DNA from: Clostridiales bacterium UBA5448
Lineage (GTDB): Bacteria; Bacillota; Clostridia; Oscillospirales; SIG627
Direction: 5' to 3'
Assembly (NCBI GenBank): GCA_002427425.1
Contig: DIRA01000014.1
Location: 57,115 to 121,114, forward strand
Length of the DNA: 64,000 nt
Part shown: in pieces, positions 56,342 to 64,000 of the stretch
Numbering within the stretch: position 1 is the first letter of the stretch
Layout: each line of letters opens with the position of its first letter
Notes under the pieces: model-generated
Seen by the model: only the letters and a program-made list of their open reading frames with translations
Told to the model about the DNA's origin: nothing
Databases searched by the model: none
Position numbers and translations under genes: made by a program

Positions 56342-56373
56342 AGTAAAACCCGCGTCGTGACGCGGGTTTTACT
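56342..56373. terminator. bidirectional terminator
   Basis: 14-bp stem AGTAAAACCCGCGT / ACGCGGGTTTTACT with a 4-nt loop. It overlaps the stop of the minus-strand gene. Confidence 0.8.
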
Positions 56374-57802
56374 ATGAAAGCAGATCAATATGTTTCACGG
56401 AAACAGGAGTAAAACCTTTCGATTCCAAAATGGGAAGCACGTTTTGGAGAATGTCTTTGTGTGCGGCAAACTCAAACAAATCTAAGCGTTGATTGTTTTT
56501 CATTTGCAACAGCAAAGACGGATGATCCAGCCAGTCGCCATGCTCATTATACCGTCCGTTGAGCAAATACACCGTATCAATCTCTTTGTATGTATATAAA
56601 GTGCCTTTCAAATCAAAGAAACCGCTTCTGTCCCGAAAGGCGGCGTCATAAAACACAACACCCGTTCCTGCCATAAAGAGGGTAAATAGAACCGCTCCGG
56701 TCAAGACGAGACCAAATAAGCCCCGCATAAACCGCGTTTCACCGGTGGAGGTGAAGATACGGTTAAAATTACGAATTTTTTCTCGCCTGTCTTTTTTAAT
56801 AAAAAACAAAAGCTTGTTTTGTGTAAAAAAAGTCAATCCGACGGAACAGATTAAGGCAGGCAAAACCACCGGAATCAACTGATAGGGTTCCAAGGCAGTG
56901 GCGTATAAACACCCTTCAGTCAAAATGGAGGCAAAGAGATAATACAGCCCCGCAAAAGGGAGACACAGAAACGGTGAAAACACGAACATGGAGAAGAGAA
57001 GAACCAACAACCCCAGAAGACCTGACTGCGCCTTTTTTCCATCCACCATGCTGTTACAGACAGGCGAAACGACGGAAATTGCCTCTTGGGGGCACAAGGT
57101 ATTTACATAGTCTATGACGGCGCTCTCATAGCGGGAGGGCAGCTTCATTTTGGCAAAGGATTTTTGGGCTTTTTGTACATTCCCTTTCAATAGATGTAAA
57201 AACCCCGGATGCTCAAAGCGCATGAGGGAAAGACGTACAAACCGATCCAGCGCATGTTCCCGGAAGACGGGATACCACTCTTCAGCGTGATGTTCAAACA
57301 AATGGGGTATGTTATGAAAGGCGCAAATATAGGATTTTTGCTTTTCTGCCAGGGTGTTCACCCGATGAGGATCCGCGGCAAACGCGCCGATCCATTCCAG
57401 TCGCGGCAACAAGACGGCAGCGATGGCATCAAAACAATGCCCCATTCGTTGGGGAGACTCGATGCTGGAAAACACCACCGTTTGACAGGTGCGGATCTCT
57501 TCTTCTGCCAGCAAATCGGTAAAAAAAAAGGGGATTTTAGGGGCATATTCAAAAGAAAGCATGCAATACAGAATGCTTTTTGAAATGATGTTGCTGAACA
57601 TGTAATAAAACCCCACCGTAAAATGAGCAAAATCGATTTCCATTTTTACCGCTACCGGTTTTCTACCCCTGGTTTGCACAGAGGGTTTTGGGTATAAAAA
57701 GTGGTTTGCATCACAAAAAACATGCACTTTTTCTTCCAAAACCTCTGCCAAAGGGGCAAAGGCCGTTGGCAGGGATTGGATGACTTGATTCATTCGATTC
57801 AT
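56372..57802 (-). CDS. hypothetical membrane protein (about 260-aa cytoplasmic N-domain, 4 TM, about 90-aa C-domain)
   Basis: 476-aa ORF. TM helices fall around LLGLLVLLFSMFVF, FAGLYYLFASIL, IPVVLPALICSVGLTFF and LFGLVLTGAVLFTLFMAG. No family recognised. Confidence 0.6.
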   Translation of the reverse strand: MNRMNQVIQSLPTAFAPLAEVLEEKVHVFCDANHFLYPKPSVQTRGRKPVAVKMEIDFAHFTVGFYYMFSNIISKSILYCMLSFEYAPKIPFFFTDLLAEEEIRTCQTVVFSSIESPQRMGHCFDAIAAVLLPRLEWIGAFAADPHRVNTLAEKQKSYICAFHNIPHLFEHHAEEWYPVFREHALDRFVRLSLMRFEHPGFLHLLKGNVQKAQKSFAKMKLPSRYESAVIDYVNTLCPQEAISVVSPVCNSMVDGKKAQSGLLGLLVLLFSMFVFSPFLCLPFAGLYYLFASILTEGCLYATALEPYQLIPVVLPALICSVGLTFFTQNKLLFFIKKDRREKIRNFNRIFTSTGETRFMRGLFGLVLTGAVLFTLFMAGTGVVFYDAAFRDRSGFFDLKGTLYTYKEIDTVYLLNGRYNEHGDWLDHPSLLLQMKNNQRLDLFEFAAHKDILQNVLPILESKGFTPVSVKHIDLLS

Positions 57803-57978
57803 CCCTTCGGTTTATTGTTGAAGAATGGATACGCGACGTGGCACATAGGCATCACATATCAAGTGAAATGACAAAACAAGCCCGCTACACAAGTTCGGAA
57901 GGAAAGCAGGTGCTTTAACAGAACACGAAAAGGGAGCAAGATTAAAACCAAACCCGTTTTGAAAAAAGGATGTTTGCT

Positions 57979-59073
57979 TCAACTGCCGGCAGCGGGAAAC
58001 CAATCTGCAATGGAAAGGGTGAACGCGTCTGTTTGGGGATCGAAACAATGGTACTGATCCAAATACGGGGAATAGGTGGTCACGCGGAGTTCTTTGGTTT
58101 GTTCGCTGATGGTCAACAGCCGCATAAATCCGTTTCCGCCGTTTTCCGTTTCCTGATAATCGGCAAGCAGTTGGTATACCCTGCGGTCAACCACTTCATC
58201 CCCGTTGTCGTCAATTTCCGCCGTGTTTTGTACAGCGTTATGGTTGTGTCCGCACAACACCATGCGCAGGTTGGGATGGGGAAGTACGATCCGGTGATAG
58301 AGCAATGAACCGTTGGCAGAGAGGGAGCCATCGGCTTGGAGGTAATTGTGGGTAATGAGGATGGCAATTCTGTTGGGGTTTTCCTGAAGCAGCTCGTTGA
58401 TCCAGGCGATGGTTTCGTCCGGTTTAGGATTCCAGCCCATGGCAATAATTAAAAATTGCAGTGTCCCCACATCCAGCCATTCTGCCCGCGCCTCCCCGCC
58501 GCGATAAAACAAGACCTTGTTTGTGTTGAAAGCAAACCGTTCTTCTCCGAAAGAGTGCAGAAAATATTCATAACTGGTTTTTTTCCGTCCCACATCGTGG
58601 TTGCCTGCTGCGATGCTGTAGGGAATCACCCCATCCAAAATGCCCATGGCGGCGTCGGCATGTGCCCATTGTTCCGGCCGGGTGCGTTTGTTGATCACAT
58701 CACCGGTGTGAAACACATAACAAAGGTTGTAAGAAGACAGATTTTCTTGGATCCATTGGGTCATGGACAAATAAATTTCGGGATATGCTTGGCTGTACAG
58801 TTGCGTATCCGACATCCAAACAAACGTATAGGTGTTGTCTTCGGAGTTGACCGGTTTTTTTTCTTTGGATCGATGGTCATCAGGCAGGGATTTTGTGGGA
58901 GCATGCACAGGGGAGGGCTGATTTACAGGCGGGATTTCACGGGAAACCCCGCTGTTTGCATCGGCGGTTTCGTCATATATTCCCGTGTGATCGGCGCATC
59001 CCAACAAACCAAACAGGAGGCAAAGCGCAACCATCCATGCCAATACAGGGAAGCGGCGTTTATGAAGTTGCAC
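57979..59073 (-). CDS. lipoprotein metallophosphoesterase (calcineurin-like)
   Basis: I favour the GTG start at 59073, with GGAGG 7 nt upstream. This gives M-QLHKRRFPVLAWMVALCLLFGLLG-C, with a lipobox. Contains the motifs FHTGDVIN, GNHD and CGHNH. Confidence 0.75.
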   Translation of the reverse strand: MQLHKRRFPVLAWMVALCLLFGLLGCADHTGIYDETADANSGVSREIPPVNQPSPVHAPTKSLPDDHRSKEKKPVNSEDNTYTFVWMSDTQLYSQAYPEIYLSMTQWIQENLSSYNLCYVFHTGDVINKRTRPEQWAHADAAMGILDGVIPYSIAAGNHDVGRKKTSYEYFLHSFGEERFAFNTNKVLFYRGGEARAEWLDVGTLQFLIIAMGWNPKPDETIAWINELLQENPNRIAILITHNYLQADGSLSANGSLLYHRIVLPHPNLRMVLCGHNHNAVQNTAEIDDNGDEVVDRRVYQLLADYQETENGGNGFMRLLTISEQTKELRVTTYSPYLDQYHCFDPQTDAFTLSIADWFPAAGS

Positions 59074-59249
59074 GTACCTTCCTCCTTTTATAAAAAGCAT
59101 GCCGGACGCATCACATTTGTATCGTGTAACATGGGGGAAAACGCTTGCTGTTTTTGTCTCTTGGGGTGATATGTAAAAAGAAAACAAGGAAGCCAAGACA
59201 TAAAAAGACGCGGAAACTTCCTTGTTGTAATATACATATGAGTCGGTGC

Positions 59250-59879
59250 CTATTTGGTACCAAATAATCGGTTGCCGGCATCGCCGAGACCGGGAACGAT
59301 ATAACCGAATTCGTTGAGCCTCTCATCGACGCAAGCGGTATAGATGCTGATATCGGGATGATCTTTGGTGACGCGTTCCAACCCCTCGGGAGCGGCAATG
59401 ATGCTCATCAGCTTGATGCTGGTGCAGCCTTTTTCTTTGACATAGCTGACAGCGGCGGAAGCGGAACCGCCGGTGGCGAGCATGGGATCCAGCAGAATGA
59501 CCAACCTGTCCTTGCTATCTTCGGGAAGTTTGCAATAATAGGTTTCAGGCTTCAGGGTTTTCGGGTTTCGGAACAAACCGATATGACCCACCCGGGCGGA
59601 GGGAACCAGAGACATGATACCGCTGACCATACCCAAACCAGCCCGGAGAATCGGAACGACGGCCAATTTTTTGCCCGCCAATTTTTTGGCCTTGCAGGGG
59701 GTGATGGGGGTCACAACTTTCACTTCCTCCAAAGGAAGATCACGCAACGCTTCAAAGGCCATCAGCATGGCAATTTCTTCCACCAGTTCTCTGAATTGTT
59801 TACTGGATGTATTGACATCGCGCAAAATTGCCATTTTATGATGAATCAAAGGATGGTCAAACACGACAACATTTTTCAT
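59250..59879 (-). CDS. upp: uracil phosphoribosyltransferase
   Basis: I place the start at [21 protein letters not shown] (ATG at 59879). Contains [10 protein letters not shown] and [12 protein letters not shown]. Confidence 0.93.
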   Translation of the reverse strand: MKNVVVFDHPLIHHKMAILRDVNTSSKQFRELVEEIAMLMAFEALRDLPLEEVKVVTPITPCKAKKLAGKKLAVVPILRAGLGMVSGIMSLVPSARVGHIGLFRNPKTLKPETYYCKLPEDSKDRLVILLDPMLATGGSASAAVSYVKEKGCTSIKLMSIIAAPEGLERVTKDHPDISIYTACVDERLNEFGYIVPGLGDAGNRLFGTK

Positions 59880-60058
59880 GATGTTTTCTTCCTTCCATAA
59901 CGGTGTAAGAACACTTTCCTTATCATTATACTGCCTGGCATGACAAAAGTCAAGATTTTCAACCCATGGCATGTGATTTCTTTGGAGGTTGTTCTTGCAT
60001 TTTATCAGGGGGTGTGCTATGCTTTTTTCGGATAAACAAACAAAAGTCGGAGGTTGCC

Positions 60059-61402
60059 ATGAGCAGTTTAAAAATCGGTTTTTCTCGGGTTTTGATTACC
60101 CCTCCCATGGGCGTGTCCATGGCGGGATATTTTGTGGAACGATCTGCAGACGGTGTGCTGGATGATTTGGAAGCCAACGTGGTGACGGCGCTGGACGGAA
60201 ACAAAAAAGCGGTGGTCATATCGGTGGATTTTCTCCATATGAACACCCCTCTCAACCAACGGTATGTGGATAAGATTTGCCGTGATCATGGGTTGGATCC
60301 GGCGTCTGTGTTGATCCATTGCACCCATACCCACACCGGTCCTCAGGATGATGTAAACAAGGGCGGTGATGGGGCGTACTTAGAATATTTGGGCAGAAAA
60401 CTGTCGGATGCGGTGGGCTTTGCTTTGTTGGAAGCGAAGCCTGTGATACAAATCGGAACCGGCATGGAAGAAGCCAAAAACGTAGGCTTTATCCGTCGTT
60501 TCCGTATGAAAAACGGAAAAATCCGTACCAATCCTGGCATCGGCAATCCTGACATCTTAGCTCCCATCGGGGTTTTGGATGAAAACGCCCGCATCGCCCG
60601 GATATGCAGAGAAGACGGAAAAGAACTTGTCCTGGTCAACTTCGGTGTCCATCCCGATACCGTCGGCGGTACCAAGATCACGGCGGACTATCCCCGCTTT
60701 GTCCGCGAAACCGTGGAAGCGGTGCTGGCGGTGCACTGTGTTTTCTTCAACGGTGCCCAGGGGGATGTAAACCATGTGAACGTACAGGCGAAAGGCGGGG
60801 ATTTGAACGGGCTGGAACTGGAATCCTTTGATGATGTGGCGCGGGGTTATGAACACGCCAAACATATGGGCAGAAAAATCGCTGCTGCCGCCATCGGAAT
60901 CTATGGAAAGGTCAATTTCAGCGAGGATAAAACCATATCGTATCATCAAATCACCACCCGCGTAGATGCGCAGAAAGCCACCCCCGAACAACGCAAGCAA
61001 GCCCACCTCTATCATGACCTGCATGTGGCGGGCAAAGACAGTGAAATCCCCTTTAAAGGCATGGAATTGACCACCGTGGTGGCGGAAGCGGGCAGAATCG
61101 TGCGGCTGGAAAACGGGCCTTCATACTTCCCCCTGACCATTTCGGGCGTGCGTTTGGGCCCCGTGGATTTTGTCGGCATTCCCGGCGAACCTTTTGCGGG
61201 AATCGGCAGAGGTATTCGGGAACAATCCGGATCCCCCTGTGCCTTTGTTTGCTGCCTGACCAACGGCAGTGCCGGCTATTTCCCCATGCGGGAAGCCTAT
61301 GATGAAGGCGGATATGAAGCCAGAAGCTCCCAATTCTCCCCCGACGTGGCGGACACACTCATTGAAACCGGTGTACAGGTTCTCCGCCATATAAAAACGT
61401 GA
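60059..61402 (+). CDS. neutral/alkaline ceramidase N-terminal-domain-like hydrolase
   Basis: I place the start at [24 protein letters not shown] (ATG at 60059), with GGAGG 5 nt upstream. The pattern ..HCTHTHTGP.. resembles the ceramidase_alk family. Confidence 0.5.
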   Translation: MSSLKIGFSRVLITPPMGVSMAGYFVERSADGVLDDLEANVVTALDGNKKAVVISVDFLHMNTPLNQRYVDKICRDHGLDPASVLIHCTHTHTGPQDDVNKGGDGAYLEYLGRKLSDAVGFALLEAKPVIQIGTGMEEAKNVGFIRRFRMKNGKIRTNPGIGNPDILAPIGVLDENARIARICREDGKELVLVNFGVHPDTVGGTKITADYPRFVRETVEAVLAVHCVFFNGAQGDVNHVNVQAKGGDLNGLELESFDDVARGYEHAKHMGRKIAAAAIGIYGKVNFSEDKTISYHQITTRVDAQKATPEQRKQAHLYHDLHVAGKDSEIPFKGMELTTVVAEAGRIVRLENGPSYFPLTISGVRLGPVDFVGIPGEPFAGIGRGIREQSGSPCAFVCCLTNGSAGYFPMREAYDEGGYEARSSQFSPDVADTLIETGVQVLRHIKT

Positions 61403-61472
61403 GAATGTTGCCGGTTTATCTTCGCATGGCGGAATCCAACGAATAACCGGCATTGGAACTTTGATTTCATAG

Positions 61473-61517
61473 ACCCCCCCTCTGTCGCAGAAAAAGCGAC
61501 TGCAACAGAGGGGGGGT
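61473..61517. other. GC-clamped stem-loop (C7/G7)
   Basis: ACCCCCCCTCTGT (61473-61485) pairs with ACAGAGGGGGGGT (61505-61517). The 19-nt loop contains the inner pairing CGC/GCG. No adjacent T-run on either strand. Confidence 0.6.
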
Positions 61518-61972
61518 TACGCGAAAAAACAGAAACCATGCCATGATATGTTTAACAAAGGGGTTCAAAAAAGATGAAGAGCATGCCTTTTTTATAAAAA
61601 ACTATTATATAAAATAACCATCTAAATATAATATATATTAACAATAAATTTACGGTTTTGTAACAAATTGAGGGCATACTTGATATATCATAAATCCCAG
61701 ACCTTAAGTTGATTATTCTTTGCTCAGATTTTGCTTATGCCGATCTATTGGATTTGTAAAATGAAAGGGAGATAGCTTCGTAGTAAGAAAAGAGTTTGGT
61801 AGAAAAATCAGAGTAGCGTTTAAGCACATAAACCCTGTAAATAGCGGGGGTATACCGTGCTCTTGGTACCTGGAATGATTCATGTATCGTTACGACGAAC
61901 GCAGCGAAGAGGAGATAACGGAATTAATAATAAAAAAGGAAGACGGAAAATGGAAGCGTAATCGCCCATGAC

Positions 61973-62080
61973 ATGGTTGGGATGGATGGAATCAGACAGC
62001 CTATAAAAATATGTTCTGCGCTCAATGTTGATATTGGAGATATAATGGAGTTGATACCGGCTGTTGAAAATCAAGAATAA
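61973..62080 (+). pseudogene. fragment of a short Cro/CI (XRE, YozG-like) HTH regulator
   Basis: The frame reads MVGMDGIRQPIKICSALNVDIGDIMELIPAVENQE*. ..TGIRQP.. and ..ICxALNVxxGDIxELIP are the helix-3 and C-terminal motifs of ~70-aa XRE regulators. The N-terminal half and the middle are missing. Confidence 0.4.
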
Positions 62081-62091
62081 TAAACTTTGGA

Positions 62092-62401
62092 TTGTATGTG
62101 ATTCGCGGCAGCATTAATTGCCAGCTTGCTGAGAAAACCGGCTTCACTGAAGAGGACGCAAAAAAAAGCCCTATGCACATTATTTGAAAATGACACATCT
62201 TCTGTTCGTTCTGATGGTACTTGCGAGGTATGCAGAGAATACTGGTGGAAACACAACGAAAAAACGCCAAAAGAAACCTCTGCAATCATTCAGCGTTCTC
62301 TGCAGATTGCGGCCAAAGTTGAAGAAGCTCGTTCCTTTTCAGATGATGAAATCCCTGAACCGCAGACATCTTGTATCCCTGAAATTATTCATTTAATTTG
62401 A
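62092..62401 (+). pseudogene. small ORF split by a frameshift at an A8 tract
   Basis: Frame 1 (62092-62187) reads ..GSINCQLAEKTGFTEEDAKKSPMHII*. The +1 frame continues ..KKALCTLFENDTSSVRSDGTCEVCREYWWKHNEK.. to 62401. The two frames join at A8 (62160-62167); an A9 would give one ORF of about 103 codons. Confidence 0.4.
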
Positions 62402-62415
62402 TTGTTAAGAAAAAA

Positions 62416-62461
62416 CCAGCCGTGCCAAGCAATTACGCTTGAACATGGCTGGCCTCTTTTT
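62416..62461. terminator. bidirectional terminator (serves the CDF gene and the decayed plus-strand cassette)
   Basis: CCAGCC..CAAGC-AATTAC-GCTTG..GGCTGG is a two-tier hairpin. It is followed by CCTCTTTTT on the plus strand and TTTTTT on the minus strand. Confidence 0.65.
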
Positions 62462-62531
62462 GGCCCGCTTGAAGCTATCACATAAGTTTTTTCACAAATC
62501 CCTGTGTGAACGCCCAAAAAATCTGCTTTTA

Positions 62532-63419
62532 TTATTGTATCATAATTTGCACCACACTGTCGGGAATAGCGCTTTCCATGGCCAACCGAATGGCAGCGTT
62601 GCGTTTCAGGGCCTCTTTCACCGGCAACTCTCTGTCGTGAGACAGGTACAATTCGATGATAATGGTATTGCGCATGGTTCGCACACGATACGTTTCGAAG
62701 CCGTCATACAGATCAAAAGAAGCGGTCAGCGTTTTTAATATTTTTTGAGACAACCTTCGATCGGGACTTACATCCAGCAAATCGAAGGTATTTTCTTTGA
62801 TGAGAGGGAAACTCAAATAACCAATGACCAAGACAATCACCAAACAAGCCACCGGTTCCACATAAGGTGCCATGACGGAGGTGGGCCAGTAAAACGCCAC
62901 AATAGCGCAGGCACCGCAAATCAACCAGTTGATGAAATTCTTGCTCATTTGAATGAGCTGTCCCTGCAGCACTTTGGTATTATTGGCTTTTTTTTGCCTT
63001 AAACAGTTGGCGATCATGATGCAATCGTACCCTAGACACCATATGATCAGGGCAATGGAAAAAGCAGTTGGTTGAGAGATGGGGGTGGGATTGAACAATT
63101 TCAGGATGGACAGCACCACCACGATCATCAAATTCAAATACAGGATGAACAAACCCACCAAAGACCCGAAAGATTCAAATTTACCCAGACGATGTTCGTA
63201 TTGATGGCTGCGATTATCGTATAACTTTTTGGCAATATAGCAATATACAAGCTGAATCAATGCGCCGGACATGGTCATCAAAAACTCCAATAAAAACAGC
63301 ATGCTTCCCGTGGTAAAATAAACATATCCACAGGAAATGCTCCCACAAAGACCGCTACCCAAAAAGGTAAAGAGAGACAGAATATATTGCTTTTTCAGCG
63401 AAGCGGTATACCGGTCCAT
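62532..63419 (-). CDS. cation diffusion facilitator (CDF) family transporter, divergent
   Basis: 295 aa. Six TM helices followed by a cytoplasmic alpha-beta domain (LLDVSPDRRLSQKILKTL..). HRLGKFESFGSLV resembles the CDF TM3 motif. The usual His/Asp metal-site residues are not obvious. Confidence 0.55.
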   Translation of the reverse strand: MDRYTASLKKQYILSLFTFLGSGLCGSISCGYVYFTTGSMLFLLEFLMTMSGALIQLVYCYIAKKLYDNRSHQYEHRLGKFESFGSLVGLFILYLNLMIVVVLSILKLFNPTPISQPTAFSIALIIWCLGYDCIMIANCLRQKKANNTKVLQGQLIQMSKNFINWLICGACAIVAFYWPTSVMAPYVEPVACLVIVLVIGYLSFPLIKENTFDLLDVSPDRRLSQKILKTLTASFDLYDGFETYRVRTMRNTIIIELYLSHDRELPVKEALKRNAAIRLAMESAIPDSVVQIMIQ

Positions 63420-63445
63420 GTTTCGATTCCTTTCGCATATAAAAT

Positions 63446-63482
63446 ACTAACAGGCAGTTGCTTATTGCAACCACCTGTTAGT
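63446..63482 (-). terminator. terminator of the GH4 gene
   Basis: Minus strand reads ACTAACAGGTGGTTGC-AATAA-GCAACTGCCTGTTAGT (a 2-nt internal mismatch), followed by ATTTTATAT. Confidence 0.6.
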
Positions 63483-63518
63483 TTACCACAAAAACAAAAT
63501 AAAAGCAAGGGAACGCTG

Positions 63519-63562
63519 TTATGGATAGGCAGGCAGGATATTATTGATAGGCAGGCAGGTAG
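63519..63562. repeat. 22-bp tandem duplication spanning the GH4 stop codon
   Basis: TTATGGATAGGCAGGCAGG (63519-63537) and TTATTGATAGGCAGGCAGG (63541-63559) match at 18 of 19 positions, with a period of 22 nt. Confidence 0.85.
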
Positions 63563-64000
63563 CTTCCGTGGGCATCAATGAGTTCATCCACCATTTTGAC
63601 GATGGTATCGGGATCCAATTCCGAGCCGGTATGGGGATCCAGCATGGCGGCCTGATAAATATGTTCTTTCTTGTTGGTGACCGCCGCTTCGATGGTCAAA
63701 AGCTGTACGTTGATGTTGGTCATGTTCATGGCAGCCAACTGGACAGGCAGTTTTCCCACATAGGTGGCGTGGACGCCCTGACCGTTGACAAAACAAGGGA
63801 CTTCCACACAGGCATCTTCGGGCAGGTTGGTGATCAAATGTCCTTTGTTGATGACATTTCCGCCGATTTCGCACGGGGTGTTGGTCACCATGGCTTCCAT
63901 GATGCGGGAGGCATACTCGTTGGAACGTGTATGCTCACGATGTTTGTTTTTTTGGATATGATCCCATTCCGCTGCCCAGCGTTCGATCTGCCGGACGCAC
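63541..64000 (-). CDS. GH4 family glycosidase (alpha-galactosidase/alpha-glucosidase type), C-terminal part; 5-prime end beyond the window
   Basis: The frame stays open to position 64000 (..WAAEWDHIQKNKHREHTRSNEYASRIMEAMVTNTPCEIGGNVINKGHLITNLPEDACVEVPC..). The NxxxxITNLP..CVEVP pattern is typical of the GH4 C-terminal domain. Confidence 0.8.
   Translation of the reverse strand, partial: CVRQIERWAAEWDHIQKNKHREHTRSNEYASRIMEAMVTNTPCEIGGNVINKGHLITNLPEDACVEVPCFVNGQGVHATYVGKLPVQLAAMNMTNINVQLLTIEAAVTNKKEHIYQAAMLDPHTGSELDPDTIVKMVDELIDAHGSYLPAYQ

Noticed and set aside
1-64000. CRISPR arrays, rRNA genes, intact transposases or IS elements, and obvious defence-system genes (nucleases, helicase-methylase sets, toxin-antitoxin pairs).
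   Set aside because: Reading through the window I found no regularly spaced direct repeats, no rRNA-like sequence and no transposase- or restriction-like translations in the ORF track. The only mobile-element traces are the two decayed fragments reported (864-968 and 61973-62401). A manual scan can miss short or diverged repeats.

Overview
This looks like a chromosomal segment from a spore-forming, Clostridia-like Firmicute. The evidence is gene content and order: spoIIR, DUF512-der-plsY, DUF177-rpmF, ecfA1-ecfA2-ecfT-truA and tmk-ruvC-ruvA-ruvB. I count about 58 protein genes, one tRNA, three pseudogene fragments, no rRNA and no CRISPR array. Layout: (1) 1-790: truncated hisS (minus strand) divergent from tRNA-Ser(GGA). 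(2) 860-17500: an accessory glycan-processing locus. It starts with a decayed tyrosine-recombinase fragment next to the tRNA. It then carries a BNR sialidase-fold protein, a heparinase II/III-like protein, a GH42-like protein, a GH29 fucosidase, two tandem SGNH/GxDLY esterases, an orphan family-5 binding lipoprotein, two surface proteins and an AraC regulator. (3) 17600-37050: a roughly 20-kb co-directional minus-strand housekeeping array with many 1-4 nt stop/start overlaps. (4) 37270-41900: a translationally coupled four-gene operon. It is led by a DD-carboxypeptidase homologue whose nucleophile Ser is Gly, followed by a membrane-anchored small protein, an ABC ATPase and an ABC-2 permease with a very large extracytoplasmic insert. 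(5) 41900-50540: small operons rich in xylose-isomerase-like TIM barrels (four in the window), a condensation-type acyltransferase paired with a zinc-ribbon membrane protein, a class IV aminotransferase, rph, and an AraC regulator coupled to an M19 dipeptidase. (6) 50886-61402: a P-type Ca-ATPase, a three-gene operon containing an AAC(3)-family acetyltransferase, an unknown membrane protein, a lipoprotein metallophosphoesterase, upp and a ceramidase-like protein. (7) 61470-62460: a visibly AT-rich, coding-poor patch with regulator and small-ORF pseudogene fragments. (8) A CDF transporter and a truncated GH4 glycosidase at the window end. All functional calls come from reading motifs by eye in the supplied translations and the raw sequence. 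No database search, HMM or folding program was run, so family names are hypotheses of varying strength.
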